Below, piece by piece: positions 13,459-26,473 of a DNA stretch of 64,000 nucleotides. Each line of letters opens with the position of its first letter. Position 1 is the first letter of the stretch. The DNA is from Callorhinchus milii. Lineage: Eukaryota. A model generated the notes under the pieces. It saw nothing but the letters and a program-made list of their open reading frames with translations. It ran no database searches and had not been told where the DNA came from. The DNA is taken from the NCBI RefSeq assembly GCF_018977255.1, contig NW_024704742.1:7318001-7382000 (forward strand), given 5' to 3'. The translations under genes and the position numbers were made by a program.

Positions 13459-15054
13459 ATCTGATTCTGTTCCAACTTCATCTCACACGCTCGACAGATG
13501 TTGGGCATTGTTTCACAGGCACCGACCAGCAACTCAAAAGTATCTCACTGAATGGTTCAACCTGGACAGCAACTGGCTGTTTAATCACGTGTGGGACAAC
13601 CACGTTAGTGGAGGGAATAATTGGAGTCAAAATGATGTTTCAGAAGGGTCATTGATGCCAGTTGGAGCATTTTACGAGCAACAACTCACATTTCAGCACA
13701 CAACAGTATTCTTGCCCCATGTTCCTTTTTTTAAAAAAAATCTTTAGTCATAGGTATATGAGTTAGATGCTGTCCTTTGGGGAGCACCTGTGTAACAAAA
13801 ACTGATGCATACAGTGGCAAAGACTGTTTTTGATTGCTCGACTGCAATTCTGCTCGTTTGAATGCAGTTAGAAAGTCATCCACTCTGTTTTTTAACAGAG
13901 GTTTGTATTCTTCGGCAGATCCCTTATTTCTTTCTCTTAGTGTCTGGCATGTTTCCAGAGTGAGAGAGCTCAGCTCCTCCAGCTGCCTGCATACAATAGC
14001 AGGGTTTGTGTGTGTGTGTGTGTCTGTCTGTGGATGGGGATTGGGGCGGGCGGGGTGGTGGGGGGGGTGGGGGGAGTTGGTGGTGGTCTGGTAGCTTTTG
14101 CATTTGAAGAAGATACAGATCAGTCCAAGGGTTAAAAGGCTTAGAGGCTCGTGCAGACGTCCACAACATTTGTCAAGCATATGACATGCAGCTTAAGTAG
14201 TTTTTTTTAAATAAAGATATAATAAACTACTATTCCTCCTGGCAGCTTGATGTGTGTGTGTATGTGTGTGTGTGTAGCACTGAGCGCAGAAGACAATTTT
14301 TGTGCCAAAAACAGTGAGCCTGTTATTGTTTCTTTATTTGGGGGAGAAGAGGCTGTGTGCACCATTTTTTTTTCTTCTATTTTGTTTTTTTTTTATCTCC
14401 CCTCCCTTCCCCTCCGCTTGTGTGCAGGAAGTCTTTTTGTTCTTTGTTACTTTCTTTTCTGGGATTCTGTCAGCAAAGAGATTCAAAGAAGGAAGGAGGG
14501 AGGGAGGGAGGGAGATGGCAGGATCAAAAGAGGCTAGCGAGCTGGCCCCACCATCATCTGCTCCACAGCTGCTGAAGAAGCCTTTTAATTGCTAATTGAT
14601 AGGACTGAGGAGCGGGCAAGAGGGAAAATATGACCTAATGTAACGAATGAGGAAAAAATATGAATAGCCTGCTTTTCTTTCATTTCCTTCTCCAAGGTCC
14701 TCTCTCTGTCTGTCTGTGTGTGTCTGTCTGTGTGGCGAGATAGAGGAGGAACAGTGAAGAATTGGAGCATCAGCCATCACAAGTGTCTGGCTTGGAAATG
14801 GGAAAGAAGGCAGAAAGTAGGCGTCTCTATCTTGTGCTGGGTTAATGGGGAAGAACTGGGAGCTTGTATTTTTTTTTCCACTCTCTGGAGTTATTTTTAA
14901 ACTAACCGAGCCAGAGTTGCAGTGAGATTGTGGTGAGTGATTTATAATGTTGCGGTGCAGGTTTTAATCTCAGTGTCTCTGCACAACTCATCTTCCCAGT
15001 GACAAGAGGCAAGTGCTGGCCCGCTCCATGTCCTCCCCCCCCCCCCCCCCCCCC

Positions 15055-15329
15055 CCACTCCCTGCCAGCCCCATCATCGACGGTCAGGGCTTCAGCCTCT
15101 TAACCCCTACCCTTTGGAACTCCATCCCACAGACCCTTCAGCTTGCCCCCTCTCTTGACTCCTTCAAGGCTCATCTCAAGACCTTCCTCTGCCTTTGATC
15201 ATCCTCCAGCCCCTGCCTTCAACCCCTCTTAATTCCAGGCCCTGTCTCAGGTGCAAGCTCTTGAAGGTCCAGCGCCTTGGGACATCCTCCCGACATGAAA
15301 AGCGCTATAGAAATGCAGTTTGTTGTTGC
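15055..15329 (+). mobile_element. L2 LINE 3' end
   Basis: Encodes the ORF2 C-terminal remnant ...GQGFSLLTPTLWNSIPQTLQLAPSLDSFKAHLKTFL; tail agcgccttgggacatcctcccgacatgaaaagcgctatag...ttgttgttg. Confidence 0.8.
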
Positions 15330-18300
15330 CTCGTTGCAGTGTAAAATTGGGCTTTGGCAGCGCCTTGCAGTTCCTAATCGGGGATATTGAAGACACTGGC
15401 CGGCCTATTTGCAAACAGTTGTTCGATTCTGGGACATTTGCTGCTACATATTGGTTTTTAATTTCCGAACACAGATCCTGCCCTCTCCCACAGCACAAAC
15501 AGTACAGTCGGCACAGCAACAGCTGGGCCACAGCATTCGGACAGGGTTAGCATCCTCCTGTTTCCAGAGCCTTGCATTGTGTGGGCTGTTCATGCAACAG
15601 AGTCCGGTTTAAATGGCTGGCCATTCATTAAGCTTGATAAAATTGGCTATTTTTTTTTTTAAATCGCTAAATAAAAGCACAGCTTAAAACCCGGTGAATG
15701 ATCCGCTTGTGCAGACTGGAACATATTGTACAGTTTAAGGGACGGGGCCCAGCTTGCGGTGAGTTTCATTCTCTTCTTCCAGATGTACTGAACCAAACGT
15801 TTAATAAATTGCTAGAGGGAAGAGGCTGCTCAGTGGAAGAGCCTGCTGGTTCTCCAGAGCCAGCTCTGGGCGCAAGGTAACGAGGTGTGGATTTGCAGTT
15901 GGAGTTTTGCCACATTGCCAAGTTCACAGTCTTCCCAAGTTTTGCCGTGGGGCTGGGGAGGAAGGTGCCAGGCAGTAGCAACAGTTCTCTTCCATCTCTC
16001 CCGGGAGCGGAAACCAGAACCTTTGAACCCATAGCTAACAAACTAGAGCCTTTGAGCAAGTCAGCTGCCTCTCATCCAGGGAGATGGATACCTACCTCAT
16101 GACGACATGGGAGGACACAGTGAGAGCAGTACAATATGTGGAGAGTGGGAAAGAGGGGTTTCGCAACTAATTCTTTAGCAGAGCCAGTTGCTTTTTACTC
16201 CTCACCCATGGAGTGGAGCTTATCGCCAAGCTACTGTGCTCCGTGATAACTTTCATCTCTGTTGTGTTAAGTTCAGATTGGTGCAGCTATGATTATCTAT
16301 TCTTTCCTCCTCCTCTTCTTCCACTGCTCCACACCCCCGGCTTCCTGCCAGTCACAAAACCAGGAACCTGGGGGGAAAGCACAGAGATCACTGGCAAATT
16401 GGCAAACCTGACTGCACTAACAGATATCCATGTGAAAATTACAAATACATTCTCTAAAGGGATTGCGTGCAAATGAGTACCTTCAGTTTTGGTCTTTACC
16501 TGCAAAGGAGTCACATTATGGGGTGTTTGCATGCGGTTTATGCCAATCTCTGCATTTAATAAAGCGCCATATCACGTTGTTGACAAATCTCAAAAGTGGT
16601 TCACAGGGTTTTACTGTAGAGTTTCGTGACCATGTATTTGTTGGCTAATTTATGCACAGAATGTCTCATAAACAGCCATCAAGTGATTGATCAATTCTAG
16701 AGGATTGTTGGCCGGGACATTTTTTTGAATCGTGTGGTCTTTAGTGTCCGCCTGAACAGGTAGATATATGGGAACCTCAGTTTGCCATCTCATCCAAAAC
16801 ATTGTGCCAATGCAGTACTTTCCCAGCATGATATTGGAGTTCAGTTGGACTATGATCTTGAAGTCCCAAGCTTCTACCTGTATTAGGATTGATGTCAAAT
16901 GCAAGTAGTATTATAAAAAATGTGAAGAAATACCAGCAACTTTACTAGTCTTTTGTTTCCTCTTTTATGTTCATTTTTGTTTTAGTAATGAAGCATTTTG
17001 ATTCTCTGGCAAGGAATGGCCTTGAAAGTTGCTACAGTGTCAAACAGCTGCATTAAAAGGCACCCATGACAAACCTTGGCCAATGAATTATCTGTACTGA
17101 TGTAAAAGGAAGATCAAAATTGATTGCAATTCCAATTAAGACAAACTGCTCCGGGTTTCCTAGATGTGAGGTCTATTCAGGTGCCTCCTTTACTTTATAA
17201 ACGTGCAAGATTTTCATGCACTGGTTAACTACCTCTTTAAATGGTATACGGCAAGCAAATGCACCCTTGGCCCGATCACAGTAAGCTTTCCGATTAACGC
17301 AGGAAAGGATTGAAAAGGAGAACAGGACTAGGTTAGTTCTTCATGAAAGAAAGACTGCTGCATTGATGGTCAGTTTTGTGTTGCTCATTCTCAGTGCTCT
17401 TTGAAGTGGACCCTTGCCAAAGGACAGGGTTACTGAAACTCTTAAGGAGCTTTGTCCAACAGTGCTGTCACACTTTGGCTGCAGTTATTTTTGTCCCCTG
17501 ACTCAGCAGGCTGCAATTAGTCTTGTTTGTCAATGTGTGAGCAATATTGGCTGACAAATGTCATTTAGCAATCAAACCTTCTATGTTTGCATGCATTGAT
17601 TTGGGACCCGAGGCCCCTTCAACTATTGAATGAAGCAAATGATCTCACTGACAGCAGCTTCATCAGTCCCAAATTCTCTGACTTTGTGAATTTGACTGTA
17701 CTGCGGCAATTCTTCAAATCCCTGCCCAGCTCAGCAATGATTCATTTCCCTTTTCAGAATTCATGGAGACTTCAAAGGTTTATTGATTGTCAGTTTTATT
17801 ATTCATCCCGGCAGAAACAAATTACCAAAACTTTTTGTTCAGTCATTTCCATCGTTAGATGTGAACAGTCACTTTGGGAAAATGTCCTAAAATCCATTGT
17901 TTGGGATCAACTCTCATTTAGCAAAAGAAAAAGCATTTCAATTAAAAAAAATACTTTGCCCTTTAGAATTGGTATTATATGCCACATGCAGAATAGTTTG
18001 ATCTAACTAAAACAATTTTAATCCTGTGCATTTTAAGAAAGGATTAAGGTACCACCGTCTGGAGACTTGGTTTGTGTTACAGCTTGGCTCACTCTCGCCT
18101 CCGAGTCAGGAGGTTGTGGGTTCAAATCCCACATCGGGACTTGATCGCATAGAGTGTAAGCTGACCCACCAATGCAGTGCTGGGGGGGTGGCGGCGGAGT
18201 TTGTGTTGTTGGAGGTTCCATCCTTTGGATGAAACTGTCCGCATTGAAGTGTCTGCATAGACTAGATGCATTGCATATCCCCAAGTGGGGCTTGAGAACA

Positions 18301-19924
18301 TACACTTTTGGCTTGGAGGCAAGAATGCTACTAACTAAGACAGGCTGACGTGAAGTCAGTGAAGAAAATAATGCTTGCCCCATTCCCCTTTGTGAGCGCT
18401 CATGATCTGCTGTCCATTCAATCTCAACCACTGAAAATCGATGCAAGGGGGTCAATTTGTGAAATGCACTGTATAAATCTGAAGAATCCTTTGTTATTCG
18501 CAGAACCCTGGCATCTCAGTGAAGAGTTGACTCCAATTCTCAGCGGAGAGATTAACCTGGAATATTACTTTTCTGCCATTGACCCTGTAATTTACTGGTA
18601 TTGTACTGACTGTAATTGGTAGGAAATAATCTACTGTATTGCCTTTCGGATAAGTTGCCTGGTATGTAATTTATGGACTGGGTTAATGACATTCATCCCA
18701 TGAAGACGTGTATAAAGCTGTTGAACTTGTTTTAATGTCACTTAGGAGAATTATTACAATTATTCTACAACTCTCCTGCTTTCTCCTCCCCCCCCCCCAC
18801 CCCCCCCACTCCCATTCTCTCCCTGCTACGTGTCTTATTGAATTTCCACGTAACTGGGAGTGATCATGCCTTATGGCAAATTAATGCAAATGAAAAACAA
18901 CAGGGAACAGGTTGTAATCAATGTTTGGGTTGTGTTTTAATCTACAACAGGAAAGAAAATCTTCTACCCCCTCCCTCCCTCCCTTCCTCTAGATCCCACC
19001 CCACTCCTCCCACAAGCGTCCAAAGTCAGGAGTGGAATTCTGCTGGGCATGTGCTTTCCATTGATTCCGTAGGCAGGTCTATAGACACGCTGGCAAAATG
19101 TGTGTAAGAATGGGCACACAAACAATGCCATTCTTGTGTACAAACTGAATGCTCCTGTTCAAACACTGCAGTGGACTTTCCCTTACTTTTCTTTGGCCAC
19201 AAACGATGCTGACTAGCAAAGAGGCTTTAATAGTGTGTGGAGGGGATGTGGCTGTTTCTTTGTCCAGAGTTAGCATTCTGGTTTTTACTCCACTGAAGAA
19301 AGCCTGGCTGCCCTTTTTTTAAACCCTCTTCCACCACCGTCACCACCCCTATCTCAGTGACACTGACCACAATTGTATCACCCAAACTGCTGCCTTGGCT
19401 GAGATCAGCTAATTCAGCACAAATTGAGTTTCAAACCTAAATCTACATGGGCAACAATTGGTGCCTTTACCCACAAGGCTACTAGGGGAACTAGCAAAAT
19501 AATTGGTAGACTTTAGACTGCATATCTATTCCTGCTCGGATTCCCGAATAAGGCACCAAGCCTGCACTAATACAAATACATTTCACTTTCATGAATACAT
19601 ATGTATTATAGACACTTGTAGACCTCAGGCCATGTAGCGTAATGTGTTTATGCGTGGATGAAATTTTGCTCCTGACATTGTATCCAGTACAAGCCTAGGG
19701 AGGAAATAAATTGGAATCCATTAGATTTCAAATGCACGCAGGATTTGTTTTGTTCCGTATGGAGTTTTCATTGAAGGGATTAAACGCTCTTTGATGTCAT
19801 GGGTAAACTGTTATAACTCGAATACATTATAACTCACTTAGTATTTAAATACAGTTTATTCTGAATTTTGTGCTTGAGTTTGTTCTGGGAGGAAAACTGT
19901 ATTTTTACACCTAATAGTGATAAT

Positions 19925-20232
19925 AATAATCATAATAACAGTAATCCTTGTAGTTGATGTAGCAGGTTATCACGTTGGATTGTGTCAAAGCGCCTCACGG
20001 GGTTTTACTGTAAACTGGAATGATTGCATTTTGTATGTTAATGTGGCAGCCAATTTGCACACAGCAAAGTTCCCCAAGCAGTCACGCAGAGTATAATCAA
20101 TTTTTATCTGATTGTCAGTCAGGACACCGAGAGAAACACATCTCTTTTCAAATAGTGCCACGATATCTTTAACGCCCACTCGAAGAGATGGAGCCTCTGA
20201 CAGTGCAGCGCAGTGGAATGTCAGTCTGGAGC
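19925..20232 (-). mobile_element. Old Deu-domain SINE copy, internally deleted
   Basis: Tail and ggcagccaatttgcacacagcaaagttccc core on the minus strand. Confidence 0.7.
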
Positions 20233-20319
20233 TTGGCACCACAAGATCAAGTCTAGCACACCTCAGCAGGTTTGCTCAAATTTCTGTTTTATCCAAATGC
20301 TTTACTTCGGAAGAGTGTT

Positions 20320-20515
20320 TCCAGTGGCGTGTTGTGTGCAGAGAGGGTCCGTGCCAACTTAAACAATTAGTTTGAGATGATCCAGGGTCATTTAACGTTG
20401 GACACTTTCAGGGGAGCAAAGAGGGCTCTAATCCTGTTAGTCTGACCTGATGTTAGACGACCCATGTTTGAGAGGTGAAAGGGCAGCGTGCTGACCAGCC
20501 TCCCAGCTCAGTCCT
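20320..20515 (-). mobile_element. LF-SINE-like element, 5' portion
   Basis: Minus strand reads ggactgagctgggaggctggtcagcacgctgccctttcacctctcaaacatggg...caacgttaaatgac, resembling the LF-SINE head (gcctttcacctctagg...ctatgtgaaatgag) as I recall it. Confidence 0.5.
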
Positions 20516-20687
20516 TGTTTATACTTTAAACACACGGTACTAGGTCCATGTGCTTCACAGTTTACCCTTGTGCCTTTGATGCTTAGTACACTAACATGGA
20601 ATCCTCATGTCTTTGGAGGCTGTCTGTGATTCACAGTATCAAAATAACTTTTCTTGTTCCAAAAATCATATTTCAGCATCATTAAAA

Positions 20688-21102
20688 TAATAATAATAAT
20701 CCTTGCATATAGTAATAATCCTTACATTTGATATAGCACATTTCAGGTTGAGAGGACGGCTCAAAGTGCTTCACAGAATATACAGTAAAGTGGAGTTACT
20801 GTGTATTTTGTAGGTGAAAGTGGCAGCAATATCCCACATGAAACCAATGACCAATTTTATTTGGGAGATTGTAGGCCAGGACCATTCCTTCTCTTTTTTT
20901 GAATAATGTCCTGGGATCTTTAACGTCCATCTGAAGAGCAGGCGGGAGCTCAGTTTAACACCTCTTCTGAAGGACAGCACCTGTAGCGCATCCCCAGTAT
21001 TATATTGGATGGAGTGTCAGCGTACACTATGACTTCAAAAGTCCCAAAGTAGGTCTTGAGGTACTGCCTTCTGATTCTGAAGCAAGGATACGAGCCAGGC
21101 TG
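20688..21102 (-). mobile_element. Old Deu-domain SINE, near full length
   Basis: Tail, core, gaaggacagcacc, ggagtgtcagc and the reverse-complemented head (ccttctgattctgaagcaaggatacgagccaggctg). Confidence 0.75.
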
Positions 21103-21140
21103 AGGGTGGCATTTAAGATGGCAAAGAGAGATTCTATTGT

Positions 21141-21471
21141 GGAGTCCTGTAGCTCAGTGGTTAGAGCACTCGCTTTGCAAGCGAGAGACCTGAGTTCAAT
21201 TCCAGGCAGAGGGCGAAACCTTGGGCAAGTTTCCTTACTCCACACAGAGCCTAATAATAATCCCTCCAAAACCCAAAACAATAATAAATTGGTCATTTTC
21301 AATCTACGACTGTTTGTGGGACATTGCTGTGCGCAATTGGCTGCCGCGTTCGCCCACAAATATACAGTCAATTCACTTTACAGTGTGTTCTGTGAAGCAC
21401 TTTGGGACGTCCTCCCGACATGAAAAGTGTTATATCAAATGCAAGGATTATTATTATTATTATTATTATTA
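21141..21471 (+). mobile_element. Full-length tRNA-Ala-derived SINE, short young variant
   Basis: Anticodon arm ctcgc-tttgcaa-gcgag (TGC, Ala), A and B boxes, Deu core, L2 tail and (att)8. Confidence 0.93.
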
Positions 21472-21730
21472 CTGCTCCATCTGAGATGGACTGAAATTTA
21501 AGACTCGGCGTCTTAACATAGAGCTAGCCATTTAAACCATCTGTAGAAATCTTCATCAATGTTTAAGGCATATTTAACCTTTTCCGTCCTCTTCAGCGTC
21601 TTGAAACTCCCATCTGAAAATTATAAGATTTTGTACTCGCTGGATCCAATCGTGTCCACACACGTGGACTTAGAGGAAGTGTTGATTGATGGCTATAACT
21701 GATTTGTTTTATATATATATAATAAATATG

Positions 21731-22037
21731 ATAATCCTTGCATTTGATATAGCACTTTTCACGTGTTCTAGACGTCTCAAAGCGTTTCACAGAATATATT
21801 GTAATGTGAATTCACTATACATTTGTGGGTGAAATACGGCAGCCAATTGCGCACGGCAGTGTCCCACAAACAGTCATGGATTGAAGTGACCAATTTTATT
21901 ATCGTTTTTTTTTCTTGAGGGATTATCATCAGACATGTAGAGTAAGGAAACTTTCCCAAGGTTTTGCCGTGCCGGGAATCGAACCCAGGTCTCTCACTTG
22001 CGAGGCGAGCTCTCTAACCACAGAGCTACAGGACTCC
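21731..22037 (-). mobile_element. Full-length tRNA-Ala-derived SINE, intermediate variant
   Basis: Reverse complement of the same family, ending ...ctctaaccacagagctacaggactcc. Confidence 0.9.
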
Positions 22038-24385
22038 TTTACAGCAGGTACAGAAATAAGTGGGGTCTCCTTGGAGCTGAACTGGCTCCAAGGTGATATG
22101 CCTGGCAATGGTGTGTCGGAATCGAGCCAGCCCTCTGTGGTGGTCTGGGTAGTCTGGTTTCTGAGCCAGGCCGGTCCGCAGTATCCCAGGGCACTGCTGA
22201 CGACAGCACAGCCCAGCCTGGCTCATCGGCAGGACCTGGACGGGCAGATCAGTCACTGGGGGCAGGGAATCCTCCCACTCAGTTCCTGTTAACCCTGCAA
22301 GCCAAAGCCCTAATGGGTAGGGTGGTCCCAGCTGGACAAGCAGCGGGAAAGCTTGTCAAACAGTGATTAGCTGGTTAGACTCCAGCAGTTACCCCAACAC
22401 ACACTCTGGAGTCCACAAGCCGTGGCTTTTGCCAACCTGCGCCTAATACTTTCTGGAATTAGGTAATCAGGATGCGTTCCTCCAGGGAGAGAGTCAATCC
22501 GTCAATCAATCTCTGGGATTTCCATGTGTAGGTGGGATGCATGGAAATCTCAGCTTGGTTTGGATACTCTGAAGCATGTGTCAGACACCCGGCTGATGGG
22601 GAGGGGAGCGGTGGTGGAGTGGAGGGGAGGGGAAATAGAGCGGGAGCCCTGGGTGAAATTCCCCTTCCTCGGCCAATTGGAGCATCCTCTGTCTGAAAAG
22701 CCTATCTGATGGTAGCAAAGAATGACGATGAGCTGCAGGTGAACCCTGTTTATAGTGTTCCTCCAGTATAGAGCTGCCTCAATTTGAACGCTGGTGAAAT
22801 ACGGTTCCATGCAGTCTACCCGCCTTCTCGCCCTAAAACGCGGCTGCCAGGCAAGTCGTGGTTGCGTCGCTGAAGACACGTCCTGCACATGCTCGCGAAG
22901 CACTGGTAGCATCACTTCTTGCGCAGAGCGTCAGTGTCCTATACACAGGAAACACTGCTAACATTACTCTGTGAAGGAAGTGATCGTGGTTAGTAATTTT
23001 AATTGCCAAAATTTGCCGGTATGTATTTTGACCTTATAACAGGTTAAACAACGACAAAGCGAAAAGAAAGCGTTATTCAATGTCTCCGATTCGTGGGCAT
23101 TGAAATGTCTTGAGCGATGAACTTTGCCCGTCAATGTGAATAGCATGTGAGCGCCCTGTTGCAGTGCAGTGATCTGATGCCAATTGCTGTGGAGTCTGGT
23201 TTTGGGGAGCGTCTGCTATCAAACCAGTGTGTAAAACACGGAGAATGTTGCACAGAGAACAGTTACCTCTTTTAATTTGGTCACTTCAATCCACGACTGT
23301 TTGTGGGACACTACTGCGAGCAAAATATACAGTCAATTCACTTTACAGTGTATTCTGTGAAGCGCTTTGAAACATCTCGAAGACGTGATATTAAAATCAT
23401 TATATTAAAAGGACTGTTGATTCCGAGGGCTTGTTAGATTCCCATCTCTTCTCTATTTTCCCATTAATATCCAGAGCATTAATATCCCATTAATATCACA
23501 GAAATCGTCGACTGGCCACAGGTGTATCTACAGCGACACCGTTTTAGCCACAGGCACCAACTTTAGTAGAAAACGTCTTACATACACTCACACAATACAG
23601 CTATGTTTACATGTATATTTACTTAACAAACATCAACTTAACAAAACATCTGCCACTATTCAGGTGGGAAGCTTTGAAGTCTTCTCATTGTTTTTCTTTC
23701 GAGAGAACCCGCCAGACTCTGCCCTTTGCCAGGTCGTGCCCAGTTGAAGCTGATCATTAGTGACCGGGTTAGCTTCCATCTGCTGGCCTGGAGCGTTTAT
23801 CCCCCGATTGGTCGAGTTGACCTCGATTGACGGCCCCCCTCTCCGTACGATATTGCCGGTATTTTCCACGATGCTGACATCCGGCGTTTTCACCCGCGTA
23901 CACGCCGTGTTAAGCAGATAACCGAAAGTAATAACCAAGTAAGCGATCAAAAAAAAAAAACACTCATACACGCTGCTTTTTGTCCAGCCAGTTTATCAAC
24001 TACGGAAATCTTCTAGAAGTCTGATCTGTATAAATCGTATAATTGCCTGTGTCGTACATCTGCCCGAATCCCGTTCAAAGGATTTATATTTCTATGCAAG
24101 TTTGACATAAGTCCTACTTTGCATAAGTCGTGTTAAATGTATGGCCCCTATGACTTATGTGAGGTTTATTGTAGTAATAATAATAAAAAAACCTTGCATT
24201 TGATACAGCCTCTTATCAGGTTGTCGAGACGTCTCAAAGCACTTCACGGGATACACTGTAAAGTGTAGTGACTGTGTTGTAGGCGAAACACGGCAGCCAA
24301 TTAATGCACAAAGAGGTCAAAATACACATTCACATGCCATGCGATTATGAGTTCTGTATTGAGATCGCGTGCTCAACGACAATGT

Positions 24386-24764
24386 GGAGTCCTGTAGCTC
24401 AGTGGCTAGTGCACTCTCCTTGCAAGCGAGATACCTGGGTTCAACTCCAGGCAGGGCCAAACCTTGGGCAAGTTTCATTACTCTACACGCCTGATAATAA
24501 TCCCTCCAAAACAAAAAAAATAATAAATTGGTAATTTTCAATCCACGGCTGTTTTTTGGGACACTGCTGTGCACAATTGGCTGCCACGTTTTGCCCACTC
24601 AATCCACGACTGTTTGTGGGACACTGCTGTGCACAATTGGCTGCTGCGTTTTGCCCAGAAAATATACAGTCAATTCATTTTACAGTATGTTCCTTGAAGC
24701 GCTTTGAGACATCTCGAAGACGTGATAAGGCGCTATATCAAATGCAAGGATTATTATTATTATT
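24386..24764 (+). mobile_element. tRNA-Ala-derived SINE with an internal tandem duplication of the Deu core
   Basis: Head ggagtcctgtagctcagtggctag; about 60-bp core duplicated at 24538-24597 and 24599-24657; (att)n tail. Confidence 0.9.
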
Positions 24765-26109
24765 GGCCTTCGTATCCCCGAGCAAGTGAGTGCAAAAGGA
24801 GCCAGAGTGAGCTCTGGTGGGTGGAAAGTATGGGTTAACGGACATCAATTGAGGATGGGATTGTGTAATTAACTAACCTGCAATCTTCACTCTCTGGCTT
24901 CATATATGAAGAATAGCCATGTGAGTTGCTGGAGGGTTTCCTTTGCTCACAAAGGAATAGGTTACCATGGGCTTCTGCCTTCAGCGGGGAGGAAAGGGAG
25001 GTTATAGTATTATGTTTTTGGGTGTTTGTACATTTGTACTGATCTTGCGCTGGTGTGAGAGTTTCGTGTGCGCTAGTCTTAAAAGTTCGCTGTAACACAA
25101 GTAAAGTCATTAAAAAAACAGGTTCTGATGGGACTTGAGGAGCACCACAGACCTGTGGGCAATGATCAGTCATAAAAATGAATTAGTGTCAGCAACAGAC
25201 GCTGGTGAGTAATGAGCAGTTTAAAGGGGTCATTCAAGATAGAACTACCAAATATTAAATGTAATTTTTTTTGAAGTGTAGGGGTGGACATCCTAAATCA
25301 ATTTGTCAGTTCATACTTTGGTGCTATGCTCGGGAGGTCATTTAAGGTCAAATTCAGTATGGGCACTGATCTCATTGCACACGGACACGAGGGAAAGGCA
25401 TTGTGCTCTGTTGAGAGTGCTGTTCACTCCTCTGTATTTATGTACAATATGCACTTTGAAATGGTGGCAGACAAGTACAAATGCACTTGCCATATGTGTG
25501 TGTTTTGGTCTCGTTCCTGAAGTGTGATTTTCGGAGGTACATGACCGAGAGAATAGCGAATATTGAGGTCTGAATACGAGCGGTAATCTAATAAAACCTT
25601 TCCAAGTGATGTCTTGGAACCTAAGAGCCAATTCACTGAGATTAGATTACAGAATTTTTAAACTGTGTTCAACACTGCTGTCTATCAGTATTCAATACAA
25701 ATAGTATTTTACTTTATGCCACTCAAAAGTTTTTTTTTCCTGTTTTTCTATGGTATCCCCACATCAATCGGGTCTACATTGCAGCGACTCCGAATCGCAA
25801 ATAGTGACAATAATTGTATTGAATACAATTTGATAGGTAGCAGAGTTGAACACAGTTTAAAAAGTGGGAGTAGGGTCTTGTGACCCGTGGGAATTCTGCT
25901 CTGGAATGACTCCAGTTACAAACCGCTGCAATTCAGACTCCAGTGATAGAGAATGTGATAATAATAATATTATTATCATAGAATGTGATGACATTTGGGC
26001 GTGCAGGATTCATTCCAGTGACCTAATTACAACAAACTCTTGGAGGGAATTTGCCATCGCTTATCAGCAAAGCTTTATAGACATGATTCCTCTCCATTCC
26101 TATTCTGAA

Positions 26110-26473
26110 AGCCCTGACATTTGCTGAGTGTGGTTCCATGGGTTACAAACGCCTTTGTCACGCGACAATTCTTTATGTGGAGAATTAGGAACCTATAATG
26201 CCGTAGGGAAAGTGAACGCTGAGCTTGTTCATTTACTCATCTGGCTCGCTCTCACTTGCACACTTTCCAGTTGGTTGGTAAGGATCAGGGGTGGGAATCC
26301 TGACTGGTTTCCTCTCCTGCGTTCCCCAAAGAGAAGGGTGCTGAGACCAGTTTCTCCGTGCCTCTACCGCTGACCGGCTAACTCAGCAAAAACCTGGGAT
26401 TGAAGCCGGCACCCTACTGCTCTAAAGACCTTAGTTCCGCAGCTGGTAGTCACTTCACCAACCGAGCCATCAG
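26110..26473 (-). mobile_element. Ancient SINE-like element (family B in this report)
   Basis: ...cacactttccag...gatcaggggtgggaatcctgactgg...ggctaactcagcaaaaacctgggattgaagcc...ccaaccgagccatcag, colinear with copies at 38240, 48590 and 58080. Confidence 0.6.
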
